Positions 1 to 10,773 of a stretch of DNA of 64,000 bases are shown one piece after another (the first letter of the stretch is position 1; each line of letters begins with the position of its first letter). The stretch comes from Picochlorum sp. SENEW3. Lineage: Eukaryota. Where the stretch lies: contig CP120459.1 of assembly GCA_034226945.1 (NCBI GenBank), forward strand, positions 372,001 to 436,000, written 5' to 3'. Both the position numbers and the translations under genes were made by a program. The notes beneath the pieces were generated by a model that saw only the letters and a list, made by a program, of their open reading frames with translations, was not told the DNA's origin and searched no databases.

Positions 1-499
1 GAGGGCCAAGTATGAGAGGCACAGCCTTGTCCACCCCAATCACCCTCTGCCCTTTCTTCACCTTTTCCAACAAAGGACCCCAATTGGCGTTGGGCATCAT
101 GTCACCCTCGACATCAGGAGCAAGATGATGATAATTCGTATCGAAATACTTGCTCATGTCCAATGCTGGGCACTCTGGAGTACCTCGAGCACAAGCAAAG
201 TACTGTTCCAGACCTTGCAAGTGGCTGAATCTGTCAGGGACCAGACCAAGGTACGTCACCGCAAAATCCAACACGTGATCATACAATGTCCCATCAAGGG
301 CCACCAGATCCACTCCCATGTCCGCTTGTTCCTTCCAAGCGCGGGCGTCAACCTCCTCAGCCGCCAACAGCAAAGCCTCGCCACTCAGGCCACCACTCCA
401 GTAGGACTCGAGGGCTTTCTTCATTTCTCGCTTGGATCCAATCCTTGGAAACCCAATCGTCGAAGAACAGTAAAGATGTGATGATGCGATCTGAGACAT
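1..499 (-). CDS. METE: Cobalamin-independent methionine synthase, 5' part (runs off the window start)
   Basis: Manual minus-strand translation from ATG 499 gives MSQIASSHLYCSSTIGFPRIGSKREMKKALESYW...LYDHVLD...ALDMSKYFDTNYHHL, which carries the MetE N-terminal motifs GFPRIG and MxKxFDTNYH. Absent from the ORF track because there is no stop in the window. Confidence 0.93.
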   Translation of the reverse strand, partial: MSQIASSHLYCSSTIGFPRIGSKREMKKALESYWSGGLSGEALLLAAEEVDARAWKEQADMGVDLVALDGTLYDHVLDFAVTYLGLVPDRFSHLQGLEQYFACARGTPECPALDMSKYFDTNYHHLAPDVEGDMMPNANWGPLLEKVKKGQRVIGVDKAVPLILGP

Positions 500-1152
500 T
501 CTGTCGGTAGTAACGTGTTGTAGGTTTGTTTGATCAGATATCTTGTCTCCACAGAGGACTTGTGATCAATAGAGCAATGAAACGCAAATTTCACTTGAAG
601 AACACTTGCAGTTTGTATGCGGGTCGTAGAAATTCAGATATTGAATTATAATGTACGCATCGTGAGGCAGATTCAGCCATTATCATCGTGATCTGATCCA
701 GTTTGATGGCCTGCACATCGACCTCCCTGTAGTTTTATGTTTGATCGGACACCTTGCCATATCGTAGTTTGACACGTGTTCATCCCCTATCAAATGAAAT
801 CTTGACGGGGTGCCCCCGATGGAAAAAGACCAACTACCTCTTCTCCCATCAAGAGATGGTGTTGAAGGATCAACTACATCATTAATGATGACAGAGCAGT
901 ATTGTTCTGTTAAAGACATAGGAGCACCAAAATTGCCAATATACGGCTGATTCATTGGAATCTCAGAGGTTACTTTTAAACTATTGCTGTAAAAAGTGAT
1001 ATTTGGATTGGGTTTGAGTCATGAATCATGATAGATCGTACCGATCGCTGAGGTGGTTGTGAAGCACTGCGTCAGTGTCACTCGCCACCGGCACCAATGT
1101 CGGATGTGAGAGCCATCACGTAAATGAGGACTTTTACAATTATCAGGCGTGC

Positions 1153-4128
1153 ATGATGGCAACAGCGGACGGGGAGATGCAAGCTTACGTACAGGACACA
1201 AGTCCCAAGCTTGGCCTCTACAGAAAGCCTTCGGGGAAACAGACACAGTATGAGAATTTAGTGGTCAAAGTCATTAAACCTGGATCACTAGGTGGATACC
1301 AAAATCATAATCGGGAAACTAAGGGACAGTGGCGAGGAGTTGCACGGTCCCCGCGACTGAAAAATCTACTTTTTGACACAGCAACAATGCTTGGTCACAT
1401 CTCCTTTGAGGCCACCCAGGCTGCACATTACCATGTATATAGATGCTTAGAAAATGGTATCGATCTTGGACCGATGGATTTCAATGGCTTTTGGTATAAA
1501 ATATTTGATGCAATAAAAGACCTTAGGTATGGTGGGGGTCTAAGCCATATTGACACGCCCCTCTACGATTCACTCAGGGAGTATGAAGAGAACGCCCCAT
1601 TGAGAAGAGGTGATCACCATCTTGATGGCGATGAACCTTTTTTGGGGATGTGGGATTTACCAGGGCACATGTATTGGAGACATGCTTGCCTCAAAGCTGC
1701 TGCAAAAACAAAGGAACAGAATTTGGGCATTATTCTTCAAACAAATGCATATCATAATTTGGGAAAGGTGATCAAGGTGCGTATTGCTGAATACTTTGGG
1801 GATAAATATGCTGATAATTTTCGTTCGCTCGTATCAGCTATTGCCAAATGCATCTGGGACGCTCAGCCTTTGGAGAAGGTCAAAGAGGGGTACAAGCGGC
1901 TGAGTGATCTCACGCAAGAGGAGATTAGAGAGATCGCTTGTCATGTCATAGATCCTATTCGGGAGAAATTTCCAGATGAGACAGGTCGAAAGGATAATTC
2001 GAAAATGATACAATTTGTGTATTTTGTTATGGGTGAGGTGATTGAATACAATAGAGTACGATCTCGTCAGCGGGGAGCACAGGTTGTCAAATTTGTAAAT
2101 GTGTGTGTTGGTCAGCAGCTGGCAAACGACATCGAGAGAGAAATGGGAGATTTGAGCAAGAAAAAGTTTGTCTTGTTCATGAAACATGCATTGGACATAT
2201 TTCGGCAGTGCTCAGGTTCAGATACATCCAGTGTTTGCAGAGATATTGGCATCAGATGTTCTCGACATGTATCAATGAATGGAAAATATCGCAGTCACAT
2301 TCTGCGACGTTTATCAGAGAGGATTTTGTATCAGACGGAAAATTCAATGCTCAAGGATGAGCTTGTGCTAGACCAACATCAAACAATGTGGATTGAGAGG
2401 ACTGCTGCTCAGCTGCAAGCTTCCTTCCAGCTGTCTGAATTTGAATCAAAGAAAGATCTCTTCGTAAAATATCTTAGAGAGTACATTGTACCAAAACTTC
2501 GGGAGTCGAATCTATGTGTGGCACAGAGGGATCACCAAAATGGAAATAATAAGATCCCATGGGGCAGAAAGATTGTGGTGCCCTCAATTCTCCCCTTGGC
2601 CAAAAAAAGAGCGTGTCATGTGAGCATCCCTAATGATGCAATCACATCATTGGCAAAGTTCTTGGCAGAAGAGGATAAGGATATCGAACAGAAGATCACA
2701 CCCATGCAGATCATACTCTCTGAGGCAAAAGAGAGAAAGATGGCAATTGAGAAAGAGATTGATGAACGCATGTTGCAAGAACAAACCGATGAGGAATACG
2801 AAATGGTGTGTCAAATAGAGAGAAACAAGATTGCCAGCGAGAAACAATTCAGAGCCATTCCTACAGGAAAAATACACAAGTACAAGATGAGGCCTGAGGA
2901 GACTGCCTTCAGCATGGACAGAAAGAAGAGGAAAGAAGAGTATTTGTCGAGCAGTGAAGAATTCAAGCAAGCTGAAAAGGAATGGGAACGTGCCAAACTG
3001 CTATATCAAGAGTGTTGCTGGATGGCTCTGTTCAATTTTAAAGTGAAACGACGCCAAGATGCACACGAGTGGCTTTTTGGTGGCGAGTTATCAACAGATG
3101 GTGTGGACGTGTCGATGCAGTACTACAGAATCAAAACAGATGTAGAAGTTGAAGCAGATCAAAAAGAGAAGAAAGAAAGCGGAAAGAAAGCCTTGCAAAG
3201 AAAGACCAAGAGAACAGGCAAAAAGCCTGCAGGCTCGGGCAGTGCTCTGACGGGAGACAAATCGGATGATATCTCCAGTCGAGCAGATTGGCGTAGAGCA
3301 AAAGATGTTTTGGAAGATGACCTCAGTAATCTATGTGTTTTTGATCCAGGTCCATCAGGACATGTGGGCATCAGAATGGATAGATCAAAATTTGACACCC
3401 TGAAGGAGAACAGAAAGCATGGTGACTACGACCCTTTTGAGACAATACACCTGAGCAACCATGAGATGAGAGCTCGGTCAGGGAAATTAAAGAGGATGAA
3501 GCTGAACGCAATATGGTCGGAAAGTAAACCCAAAATTCGGGTATGGAATGCTACAGCACCGAGTCGAAAGGTAGCAACAACAGCAGAAATCTTGGACTTT
3601 TGCAGAAACACAAATAGCCAGTTGCACGATGTCTATGGTTTTTATTCTCAAAACTGTTTCCGGCGGCAAAGGTTTTCCGTATACTCCAGGACTCAGCACA
3701 TGTTGGACATGATGGTTGAAAAGATCTGTGGCACATCAGAGAGGAAAGTGCAGGAGAGGACTGTAGTCGTATTTGGAAATGCAGCAATAAATTCAGGAGA
3801 GTGTCGAACAGGACGAATATGCTTGGGAGAGCTCAAACGTCTACTTCGACAACGCTGTTGCTATATTGAAGTTGACGAATTCAGGAGCAGTCAATATTGC
3901 TGTGCGTGTCAAACAAAGCTGGAACCTCCCCCAAGAGTTGGACTACACAAGCGCTGGAAAGTACGCCGTTGTATGAACAATGAATGTGAGCGTGCTTTTT
4001 GGCAGAGGGATGTAAATGCAGCCATCAATCTCTCAAAGTTCTTCCTCTGGGAAGTTAATGGAGAAGACAAGGACAAAGTTTTCAGAAGGCCTTGCAGGCT
4101 TGACGAAGATGACGTGCCTGATGTGTGA
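1153..4128 (+). CDS. Fanzor1-type (TnpB-like) putative RNA-guided endonuclease, about 990 aa
   Basis: ORF 1075..4128, first ATG at 1153. Motifs: FGGELSTDGVDVS, RuvC-I LCVFDPG, VVVFGNA, RuvC-II VDEFRSSQYC, zinc finger CCAC...CMNNEC, RuvC-III WQRDVNAAINL. Start is uncertain. Confidence 0.88.
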   Translation: MMATADGEMQAYVQDTSPKLGLYRKPSGKQTQYENLVVKVIKPGSLGGYQNHNRETKGQWRGVARSPRLKNLLFDTATMLGHISFEATQAAHYHVYRCLENGIDLGPMDFNGFWYKIFDAIKDLRYGGGLSHIDTPLYDSLREYEENAPLRRGDHHLDGDEPFLGMWDLPGHMYWRHACLKAAAKTKEQNLGIILQTNAYHNLGKVIKVRIAEYFGDKYADNFRSLVSAIAKCIWDAQPLEKVKEGYKRLSDLTQEEIREIACHVIDPIREKFPDETGRKDNSKMIQFVYFVMGEVIEYNRVRSRQRGAQVVKFVNVCVGQQLANDIEREMGDLSKKKFVLFMKHALDIFRQCSGSDTSSVCRDIGIRCSRHVSMNGKYRSHILRRLSERILYQTENSMLKDELVLDQHQTMWIERTAAQLQASFQLSEFESKKDLFVKYLREYIVPKLRESNLCVAQRDHQNGNNKIPWGRKIVVPSILPLAKKRACHVSIPNDAITSLAKFLAEEDKDIEQKITPMQIILSEAKERKMAIEKEIDERMLQEQTDEEYEMVCQIERNKIASEKQFRAIPTGKIHKYKMRPEETAFSMDRKKRKEEYLSSSEEFKQAEKEWERAKLLYQECCWMALFNFKVKRRQDAHEWLFGGELSTDGVDVSMQYYRIKTDVEVEADQKEKKESGKKALQRKTKRTGKKPAGSGSALTGDKSDDISSRADWRRAKDVLEDDLSNLCVFDPGPSGHVGIRMDRSKFDTLKENRKHGDYDPFETIHLSNHEMRARSGKLKRMKLNAIWSESKPKIRVWNATAPSRKVATTAEILDFCRNTNSQLHDVYGFYSQNCFRRQRFSVYSRTQHMLDMMVEKICGTSERKVQERTVVVFGNAAINSGECRTGRICLGELKRLLRQRCCYIEVDEFRSSQYCCACQTKLEPPPRVGLHKRWKVRRCMNNECERAFWQRDVNAAINLSKFFLWEVNGEDKDKVFRRPCRLDEDDVPDV

Positions 4129-4157
4129 TACAACCAAAGTCACATTGCTACATGCAT

Positions 4158-4183
4158 ATATATACAGGGTATATATACAGGGT
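4158..4183. repeat. 13-bp tandem duplication (ATATATACAGGGT)x2
   Basis: Two exact adjacent copies starting 30 nt after the Fanzor stop codon. Confidence 0.9.
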
Positions 4184-4279
4184 ATGCGCGGAGTATATAG
4201 ATAGAGAGTAAATTTTTTTTGGGTCTATTACACCTAGTTATAATAATACAATATTTTCCGCCATCAACTCTCCTTCATT

Positions 4280-4620
4280 TTACTGACTGTTTGGTCCACG
4301 CTTCTTTCCGAAACCAGTGACAACATTCACAAAACGACGGTTGTACTTCATGCGCTTGCAAGCACGTCCAGTTGGCTTCTTGGCCTTCTCCTGTGGAGCC
4401 ACCTTTGGGGTCTGTCCACGCACTTTACCGGCACGGGCGAGAGATCCGTGTACCTTTCCTGCGCAATAATAACAAAAGAATTAAAATCAATACAAACTAG
4501 GAATCCGTGAATGCCCCTGTGAAACTGAACGAGCGCTGTCAAACGGCGGAGGCCGCCAACATGAGAGTTTCATTCGTTCCAGTCGGACGGCGTATCTGTA
4601 GTAATTAGATACGTACCCAT
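4280..4620 (-). CDS. RPS30: 40S ribosomal protein S30 (eS30); exons 4617-4620 and 4280-4458
   Basis: Splicing ATGG|GTACGT...GCAG|GAAAG gives [60 protein letters not shown]. Confidence 0.96.
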
Positions 4621-4831
4621 GGTATTATTTTATCTATCAAGTGTTGGATATAAATTAATGAGTTTTAGAAGATGAACGAGGGCTGTCATGGTCATAAAGC
4701 GGCCGAGGACCTGCTCCTGAATTCGCAGTACCACGGCGATGCCACAATCGCAGTACCACCAGGTAGGCTGAAGACTGGTTCTACACACCTGCACACGATT
4801 GAATGAATAATTGATAGTCTATTTCATCAAT

Positions 4832-5914
4832 ATGGCGATGATGATGCTTCGGAGGCGACTGCTAGCCGGTATGGGAGGAGAATGGAGGAGTGGTCTTGGC
4901 GTCGCATCGCGTGATTGGAGTTTTGGGAATGGTTTTATGACTCTGGGAGGGATCGAGAGAGATTTCACATGCTTATCATCATCTTCAGCTACTAGTGGAG
5001 GGCAGATGCGCCATAGCGAGGTTGGGGGCGTTACAAATAGAGTCACATCTTCTTCTTCTGCTTTGACAGCACAGAATCCCCTCGATATGATGATGATGAT
5101 GATGACGAGGGGAGAGCAGCGATTCATGTCTACAATGACTGATTTGAAAACTAGCAGCAGCAGTAGTATTGGTGCGGAGCAGCAGGCAGCCATGGTGAGC
5201 AGCATGATGGAGTCTGCAGCTGAGCACGCAAGTTCCCGTGTGCCAGTATACGATTTGAACAAACAGCCCGTGTCAGGAGCAGATGGAGCTCCTGCTCATA
5301 TAGAGCTACCCGATGACGTCTTTGCAGAACCCGTTCGAGTGGATATTTTGCATAGGGTTGTCCGCTGGCAGTTGGCAAAGCGTCAACAGGGGACGCATGT
5401 GACAAAGACACGGTCAGATGTTCGAGGTGGCGGTCGAAAACCATGGCAGCAGAAGGGTAGCGGGCGTGCTCGACAAGGTACCATTCGAGCTCCGCAGTGG
5501 CGGGGCGGAGGTGTGGTGCATGGACCTGTGTTGAGGTCTCATGCACACAGTCTTCAAAAGAGAGTACGCCGACTGGGATTGAAATGTGCCGTGTCAGCCA
5601 AGATTGCCGAGGGTCGATTCCTTGTTGTTGATGCATTGCAGCCAGAGGATGCGAAGACGGCAACCATGAAGGGACATGTGGGAAAATTGTTAGAAGGGGC
5701 GCCTCGCGAGTCTGTCCTGTTTGTGGATACCACTCCAGTAGATGAATTACAATTAGGAATACGCAACATTCCTTGGGTTGATGTATTACCAGTAGGCGGT
5801 ATGAATGTGTACTCTATTCTTCAGAGAGATTTTCTCATTCTAACCAAGGATGCCGTGGATGAATTTATCAACAGGATGAGGAGGCCCATCAGGCCATGTT
5901 CTAGAACACCATGA
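4832..5914 (+). CDS. Bacterial-type ribosomal protein uL4, probably mitochondrial
   Basis: RQGTHVTKTRSDVRGGGRKPWQQKGSGRARQGTIRAPQWRGGG motif, with a long N-terminal presequence. Confidence 0.92.
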   Translation: MAMMMLRRRLLAGMGGEWRSGLGVASRDWSFGNGFMTLGGIERDFTCLSSSSATSGGQMRHSEVGGVTNRVTSSSSALTAQNPLDMMMMMMTRGEQRFMSTMTDLKTSSSSSIGAEQQAAMVSSMMESAAEHASSRVPVYDLNKQPVSGADGAPAHIELPDDVFAEPVRVDILHRVVRWQLAKRQQGTHVTKTRSDVRGGGRKPWQQKGSGRARQGTIRAPQWRGGGVVHGPVLRSHAHSLQKRVRRLGLKCAVSAKIAEGRFLVVDALQPEDAKTATMKGHVGKLLEGAPRESVLFVDTTPVDELQLGIRNIPWVDVLPVGGMNVYSILQRDFLILTKDAVDEFINRMRRPIRPCSRTP

Positions 5915-5945
5915 GTATTATTATTATTATTATTCTACATGTTGG

Positions 5946-7460
5946 TTACACATGAAAATGTTTATCAAACAACTGTACAAATTGGAAATCCGCGTACAAT
6001 TTTCGTTGGTTGTACCATCTCCCATGCAGTGTCTTTTGGGCTGCCACAGCAGCTTGCACACTGTCAAACTTGATGTAGACACATCCTTTGCTGTCCTTGT
6101 CCAAATGCAAGAAAAGCACCCGTCCAAATTTAGAACATTCATCACGAATATCCGACTGAATATCTTCATCCCAGTATTGTTCAGTTTCCTGCGTAGGGTC
6201 AAAAGCATTTTTTAGCAAGAGACATGGCGTCGGAATCGGCGACGCTGGTCCTAAAACACCCTGCATCAACGCAGTCTCGTCCACCTCAGCAGGAGACGAC
6301 ACTTTCTTGGCAAAATCCGGCATTTTTGGTACCTCAATACCTGCATTTGCTGCTAATCTATTCATCAGATTCGCACGTGACTGCGCAGACAATTTCATAC
6401 CGCCTCCATCGTCAGCATCAACATCAATTCTCTCCTCCACCATTCCCTGCGCAACAGCATCAACACTTGAGGAATCCATTTCAAGTCGCATAAGCATGCC
6501 TTGAATATCTATTTTGCCTTCTAATTCAGCAACTGCTTGTTGAGCATCCTTTGAATTCACAAACTGCACAATAGCACTTCCCAACGACTCGCCAGACTCA
6601 TCACGATCCACATGCACACTAAACACAGGACCAAACGGCTCGAATATAGGTTTCAAAAACTCTTCCGACAACGATGGATGTACATTCGACAACTTGACCT
6701 TGCCTGCAGCACTACTCGTACCATTCCCTTCCAGAGCCTGCTTCTTTGCTGCCTGGGCAGTATGCCATGCCACATTCTTCTCAGCCTCACTTGGCTTGAC
6801 CATGACAGCCTGCCCCATCAAGTCCTGCCCCGACATACCCAACGCCACCGTCACACTCTCTCGTTTCTCAAACTCTACATACGCAAAACCCTTGGATCGC
6901 CCAGACATGCGATCCTTGATAATCTTAATGTCCACCAAGGGACCCGCTTGGACAAAGAATTGAAACAAATCACGCTCGGACGCTTTCAAATTCAAATTAT
7001 ACACTTGAACCGTACGCATCGTTCGATCCAACTGAGCAAGCTCGTCCTCCACAGAAATGTTTTTGATCCGATTCCTCTCCTCCCGGTGCCTCCTCTGATA
7101 CTGACGGTCACCCTCATCCTCATACCGGTATCGCTCCCTCCGGCGTGACCGTGATCCATAGTCATAGTCATAATCATCTCGGTGTCGATGACGCCGTCGT
7201 CGCCTATCCGGAGACTCGGAGTCGGAGCGTTGCCGTCTCCGATGATGACGGTCTCTCGACCCATCAGACCCACGGCTTCTGGACCTCCTCGAGGGAGACC
7301 GCCTGTCTCTTCTACTCGTATGCTTCACATGACGAGAAGGAGTATCATCATCATCTTTTTCTGGACTGTGATGGCGCCGAGACCCATTCACATCTCGAGA
7401 ACCATCCAAAGGCGAGGCTGACCGTGTCCGAACAACCTGTTCTGCCATAGTATCCGTCAT
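5946..7460 (-). CDS. RBM39: RBM39/CAPER-like splicing factor (RS region, two RRMs, UHM)
   Basis: RS-rich N-terminus, RNP1 SKGFAYVEF, and a C-terminal UHM (CLLLKNAFDP...LHGRWY). Confidence 0.88.
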   Translation of the reverse strand: MTDTMAEQVVRTRSASPLDGSRDVNGSRRHHSPEKDDDDTPSRHVKHTSRRDRRSPSRRSRSRGSDGSRDRHHRRRQRSDSESPDRRRRRHRHRDDYDYDYGSRSRRRERYRYEDEGDRQYQRRHREERNRIKNISVEDELAQLDRTMRTVQVYNLNLKASERDLFQFFVQAGPLVDIKIIKDRMSGRSKGFAYVEFEKRESVTVALGMSGQDLMGQAVMVKPSEAEKNVAWHTAQAAKKQALEGNGTSSAAGKVKLSNVHPSLSEEFLKPIFEPFGPVFSVHVDRDESGESLGSAIVQFVNSKDAQQAVAELEGKIDIQGMLMRLEMDSSSVDAVAQGMVEERIDVDADDGGGMKLSAQSRANLMNRLAANAGIEVPKMPDFAKKVSSPAEVDETALMQGVLGPASPIPTPCLLLKNAFDPTQETEQYWDEDIQSDIRDECSKFGRVLFLHLDKDSKGCVYIKFDSVQAAVAAQKTLHGRWYNQRKLYADFQFVQLFDKHFHV

Positions 7461-8144
7461 TGGAACACGAGGTTACTTTTTATTTGCCAAAACAGTTATA
7501 AATAGTCTTCTTACCCTTGATATTCCTGAACAATATTCCCTACAGTGGTCGCTCTTCGGATGACAGTGGTTGAAATACTCTCTTGAGGAAAGAATAACAC
7601 CGTCTATACGACTCTTTGTTTATATAGGGTAGAAATATATATGAATGTCTCCAAGGGGAGGCGCATGCATTCAATATCAAAGGTTTCCATGTATCTGATA
7701 TTGCCAAGATGGAACAATATCGGTCGAATGTATCATCTGACCGTACATGTCAAAACCAGGGCTAGGTACGTTGTTTGCCCAGACCTTTCGACTCGGTTTT
7801 GGCCAGAGGATATGGATGATGAACCATTCAATGGCTCACACAGACTCTGCATCATTATGAACAACCGTATGATGGGTATATGACTGGTATTCGAATGCAT
7901 GCACCCATGCAGTATCATGATTCACATGCATGCAAGCAGGTTGTTGTCCCTTTCAACGACACGTCGAGTGGGAGAATATACTCTGGTCAACGGTCTCTTT
8001 CAGAATGGCGACATGTATGTTCTTCTTGCCATGTCACCGCGCCCTTTTTCTATTCTTTATTACTATTTACACAGTATTGTTGGTGTAGTATACCAACCAG
8101 TTGTCCCCAATATAGTTGTAGTTGTTGTTGTTGTTCGGGATTCC

Positions 8145-9092
8145 ATGGAACCAACGTGGCAGAAGAAGAGAGCCGCATTGTCGTCCCAGTCGAGACGTCG
8201 TGATGAATTATTGGCAGGCTCTGATTCACACAACCAAGGAGGAGGAGGAGGAGGCCAAGGAGGAGGCGAGGTGCGTGCTTCAGCAGCAGGCATGGACCCC
8301 CAGATTGTTGCCCAGCGAAGGATGGTGCATAGAGGTCTCCAAGAGCATCGCCAGACGACAGAATCGGCAAAGCGGAGTCTCCAAGTTGCAGAATCATGCT
8401 TGGAGATATCTGGTGCCGTTCTGACCGAGGTGCAGCGGCAGGGCGAGTCGTTGGATACGACGGAAAAGCACATGGAGGAGATGGAAGAGGAAGTTGTCGA
8501 GGCAGAGAGTTTGATCAAATTCATGCAAAAATGTTGCCTGTTTCAAGTCTTCTGTTGCTGTTGTACTGACAAGGATGTGAAGCGTGATAAATCTCGCAAA
8601 GCAAGATTGAGACAGAGGCGGCAAGAGAATGAAAGGATGATCCAAGCATTGTCACGGGCAAGAGAGGACAGGCACAGAGATTTACACGAGTTGCTGCATG
8701 ATGAACAAGGACCTCCTATCGTGACCATGGATGGAGATACATCAGAGCAAAAAGATGCCCTTAAAGTAGCCGCAAAATACCATCACGGGACGTCAAGCAC
8801 CGCCACCATTCCCTTTTCAGGACAAGGACATGGCATGTCTCAGCGGTCCAATGCAGCTGTGCAGTCAGGGGCCATTACAGCAGAGGAAATTCAAGAGATT
8901 AGCGAGGAGAGTCTCCAGCAGGATAAATACCTTACACAGATTGACAAAACCATGGATAAGCTCAAGGCGATGGGATTGGAGCTGAGCAGAGAGCTCCATG
9001 AGCAAGACGAGCAGATTTCGAAAATTGATGAGAAAACGTACAATACTCGGATGACACTGACCAGCCTATCAAGGCAGGCTCGCAAGATTTAA
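8145..9092 (+). CDS. SNAP-25-like Qbc SNARE
   Basis: Two SNARE helices (ES..RSL...EVQRQGESL and QDKYL..I...L.ELHEQDEQI) around a Cys-rich linker. Likely ATG at 8145. Confidence 0.8.
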   Translation: MEPTWQKKRAALSSQSRRRDELLAGSDSHNQGGGGGGQGGGEVRASAAGMDPQIVAQRRMVHRGLQEHRQTTESAKRSLQVAESCLEISGAVLTEVQRQGESLDTTEKHMEEMEEEVVEAESLIKFMQKCCLFQVFCCCCTDKDVKRDKSRKARLRQRRQENERMIQALSRAREDRHRDLHELLHDEQGPPIVTMDGDTSEQKDALKVAAKYHHGTSSTATIPFSGQGHGMSQRSNAAVQSGAITAEEIQEISEESLQQDKYLTQIDKTMDKLKAMGLELSRELHEQDEQISKIDEKTYNTRMTLTSLSRQARKI

Positions 9093-9131
9093 TGGCATTG
9101 TAATTTTACTATATATAGCACTATCTGGAGT

Positions 9132-10773
9132 ATGTCCGGATTTCGACGTGTACAGAGTCATCATGAACTCAATGACCCCAATCATGTTCCGACAGTGGTA
9201 CGTGGCGACTATGGCCCTGAATGCTCTATATATGGTACTATGAATATTTTTACATGCAAATACAGGTTATAAAGGTCGGAACGTCGAGTTTAATCAGACC
9301 AGAGCAGAATTCTCTGAATTTATCGAGTCTCGCAGGTATCGTCGGCTTGGTCAGAGATTTGAGAAATGAAGGCTATAGAGTTGTTCTTGTTTCTAGTGGT
9401 GCTGTGGGGGTCGGTTGTCAGCGGCTGGAATTGGAAGTCCGGCCCCGGTTACTTGCGAAGAAGCAGGCTCTTGCTGCTGTTGGCCAGGTGCATTTGATGA
9501 GGTATTATGATGATCTGTTCAGTGCGTACAATATCACGTGTTCACAGGTTCTTCTGACGTTAGAGAATTTATCAAGTAGAACGACGTATTATAATGCGAT
9601 GAATACCTTCAATGAGTTGTTGAATTATGAAGTGATTCCCATTGTGAATGAGAATGATACAGTTGCTGTTGAACAGTTGAGGATTGGAGATAATGATACG
9701 CTGTCGGCGCAGGTTGCGACTCTTGTCCATGCGGATTGGTTATTTCTATTGACTGATGTGGATGCCTTGTATACGGCGAATCCAAACGTTGATCCGAGTG
9801 CTCGTCCAATCCACTTGGTTCCTGATTTGTGGGACCTGGAGGTGAATACAAGCACAGCTGGGACGCAGTGGGGGACAGGAGGTATGGCAACAAAGCTTAC
9901 AGCGGCTCGAATGGCGACAGCAGGGGGATGTAATGTAGCGATTTGCCATTTTGAGGATCCTGGTAATGTGCTGGATATTCTCAGGGGGAAGCAGGTTGGA
10001 ACTGTGTTCCGTGCATTGAATGCTCCTGTGCGGGGCCGCAAGAGATGGATTTTAAGCATGAAGTCTATCGGTGAATTATGGCTTGATGCGGGGGCTGTGC
10101 GAGCTGTCAAGGATCGACATTGTTCCCTCTTCTCAGCCGGTATTATTAAGGTTGTGGGCCACTTTTCTGATCAGGATGTGGTGGCAATTTGTGACGAGGA
10201 AGGAAGGGAATTTGCTCGCGGTCTTGTGAATTACAACCATGTACAAGTCGATGCGGTCAAGGTAGGATGCATTGTATTATTTTTGCATGTTGTATGAAGG
10301 AAGATGAAGGTATTAATACTCTTGTCATGCAGGGTGTTTCATCAAAGCAGCGCTTGAAAGAATTCGGGGACACATACGCAGAGGATGAAATCGTGCATCG
10401 ATCAACCATTTGTCTTTTAATGCCTCAGAAGAAAAAGGTGACAATCATCAACGATGCTGGCGAGGAGGAAGAAACCGAATGCGATGATGACGATGATGAA
10501 AGCATTGTAGACCCACTCGCAGATTCTCGCAGTACCACACCGGCCCTCCCACCAGCCATCCAATTTGTACCAGCATCTGCACTACAAGGACTCTCCGATA
10601 ACGCGACAGATGACGTGTCGAACAAGCTCAATGCGCTGAAATCAGACAAGAATGAGTCTGGAAAGGAATGGAAAAATGAATTGGTCAGCATCGTCGAAGA
10701 GGATTCAGACAAGACTGGTGATGCACTTGCAAAGAGTATTGAGAAGATCAATCTCGAAACGAACGACAAGTGA
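9132..10773 (+). CDS. proB: Glutamate 5-kinase with PUA domain; introns 9198-9265 and 10262-10332
   Basis: VIKVGTSSL, VSSGAV, NENDTV, GDNDTLSA and GTGGMATK motifs plus PUA domain. The GT-AG introns restore the frame. Confidence 0.93.

Noticed and set aside
985..1010. CTGTAAAAAG resembling the left TIR of the second element, with TTTTACTG near 4278-4285 as a partner
   Set aside because: Only about 8-9 AT-rich bases match, there is no flanking TA, and the partner lies in the RPS30 stop region.
4205..4240. Possible Helitron 3' end (CTAG|T at about 4234-4238) for the first Fanzor
   Set aside because: There is no GC-rich subterminal hairpin at the expected distance, and the site coincides with the RPS30 3' UTR and its poly(A) signal.
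7461..8144. Short ORFs and the 5' extension of the 7899 ORF
   Set aside because: Low-complexity (GTT)n sequence with no family signal; ATG 8145 is the more plausible SNARE start.
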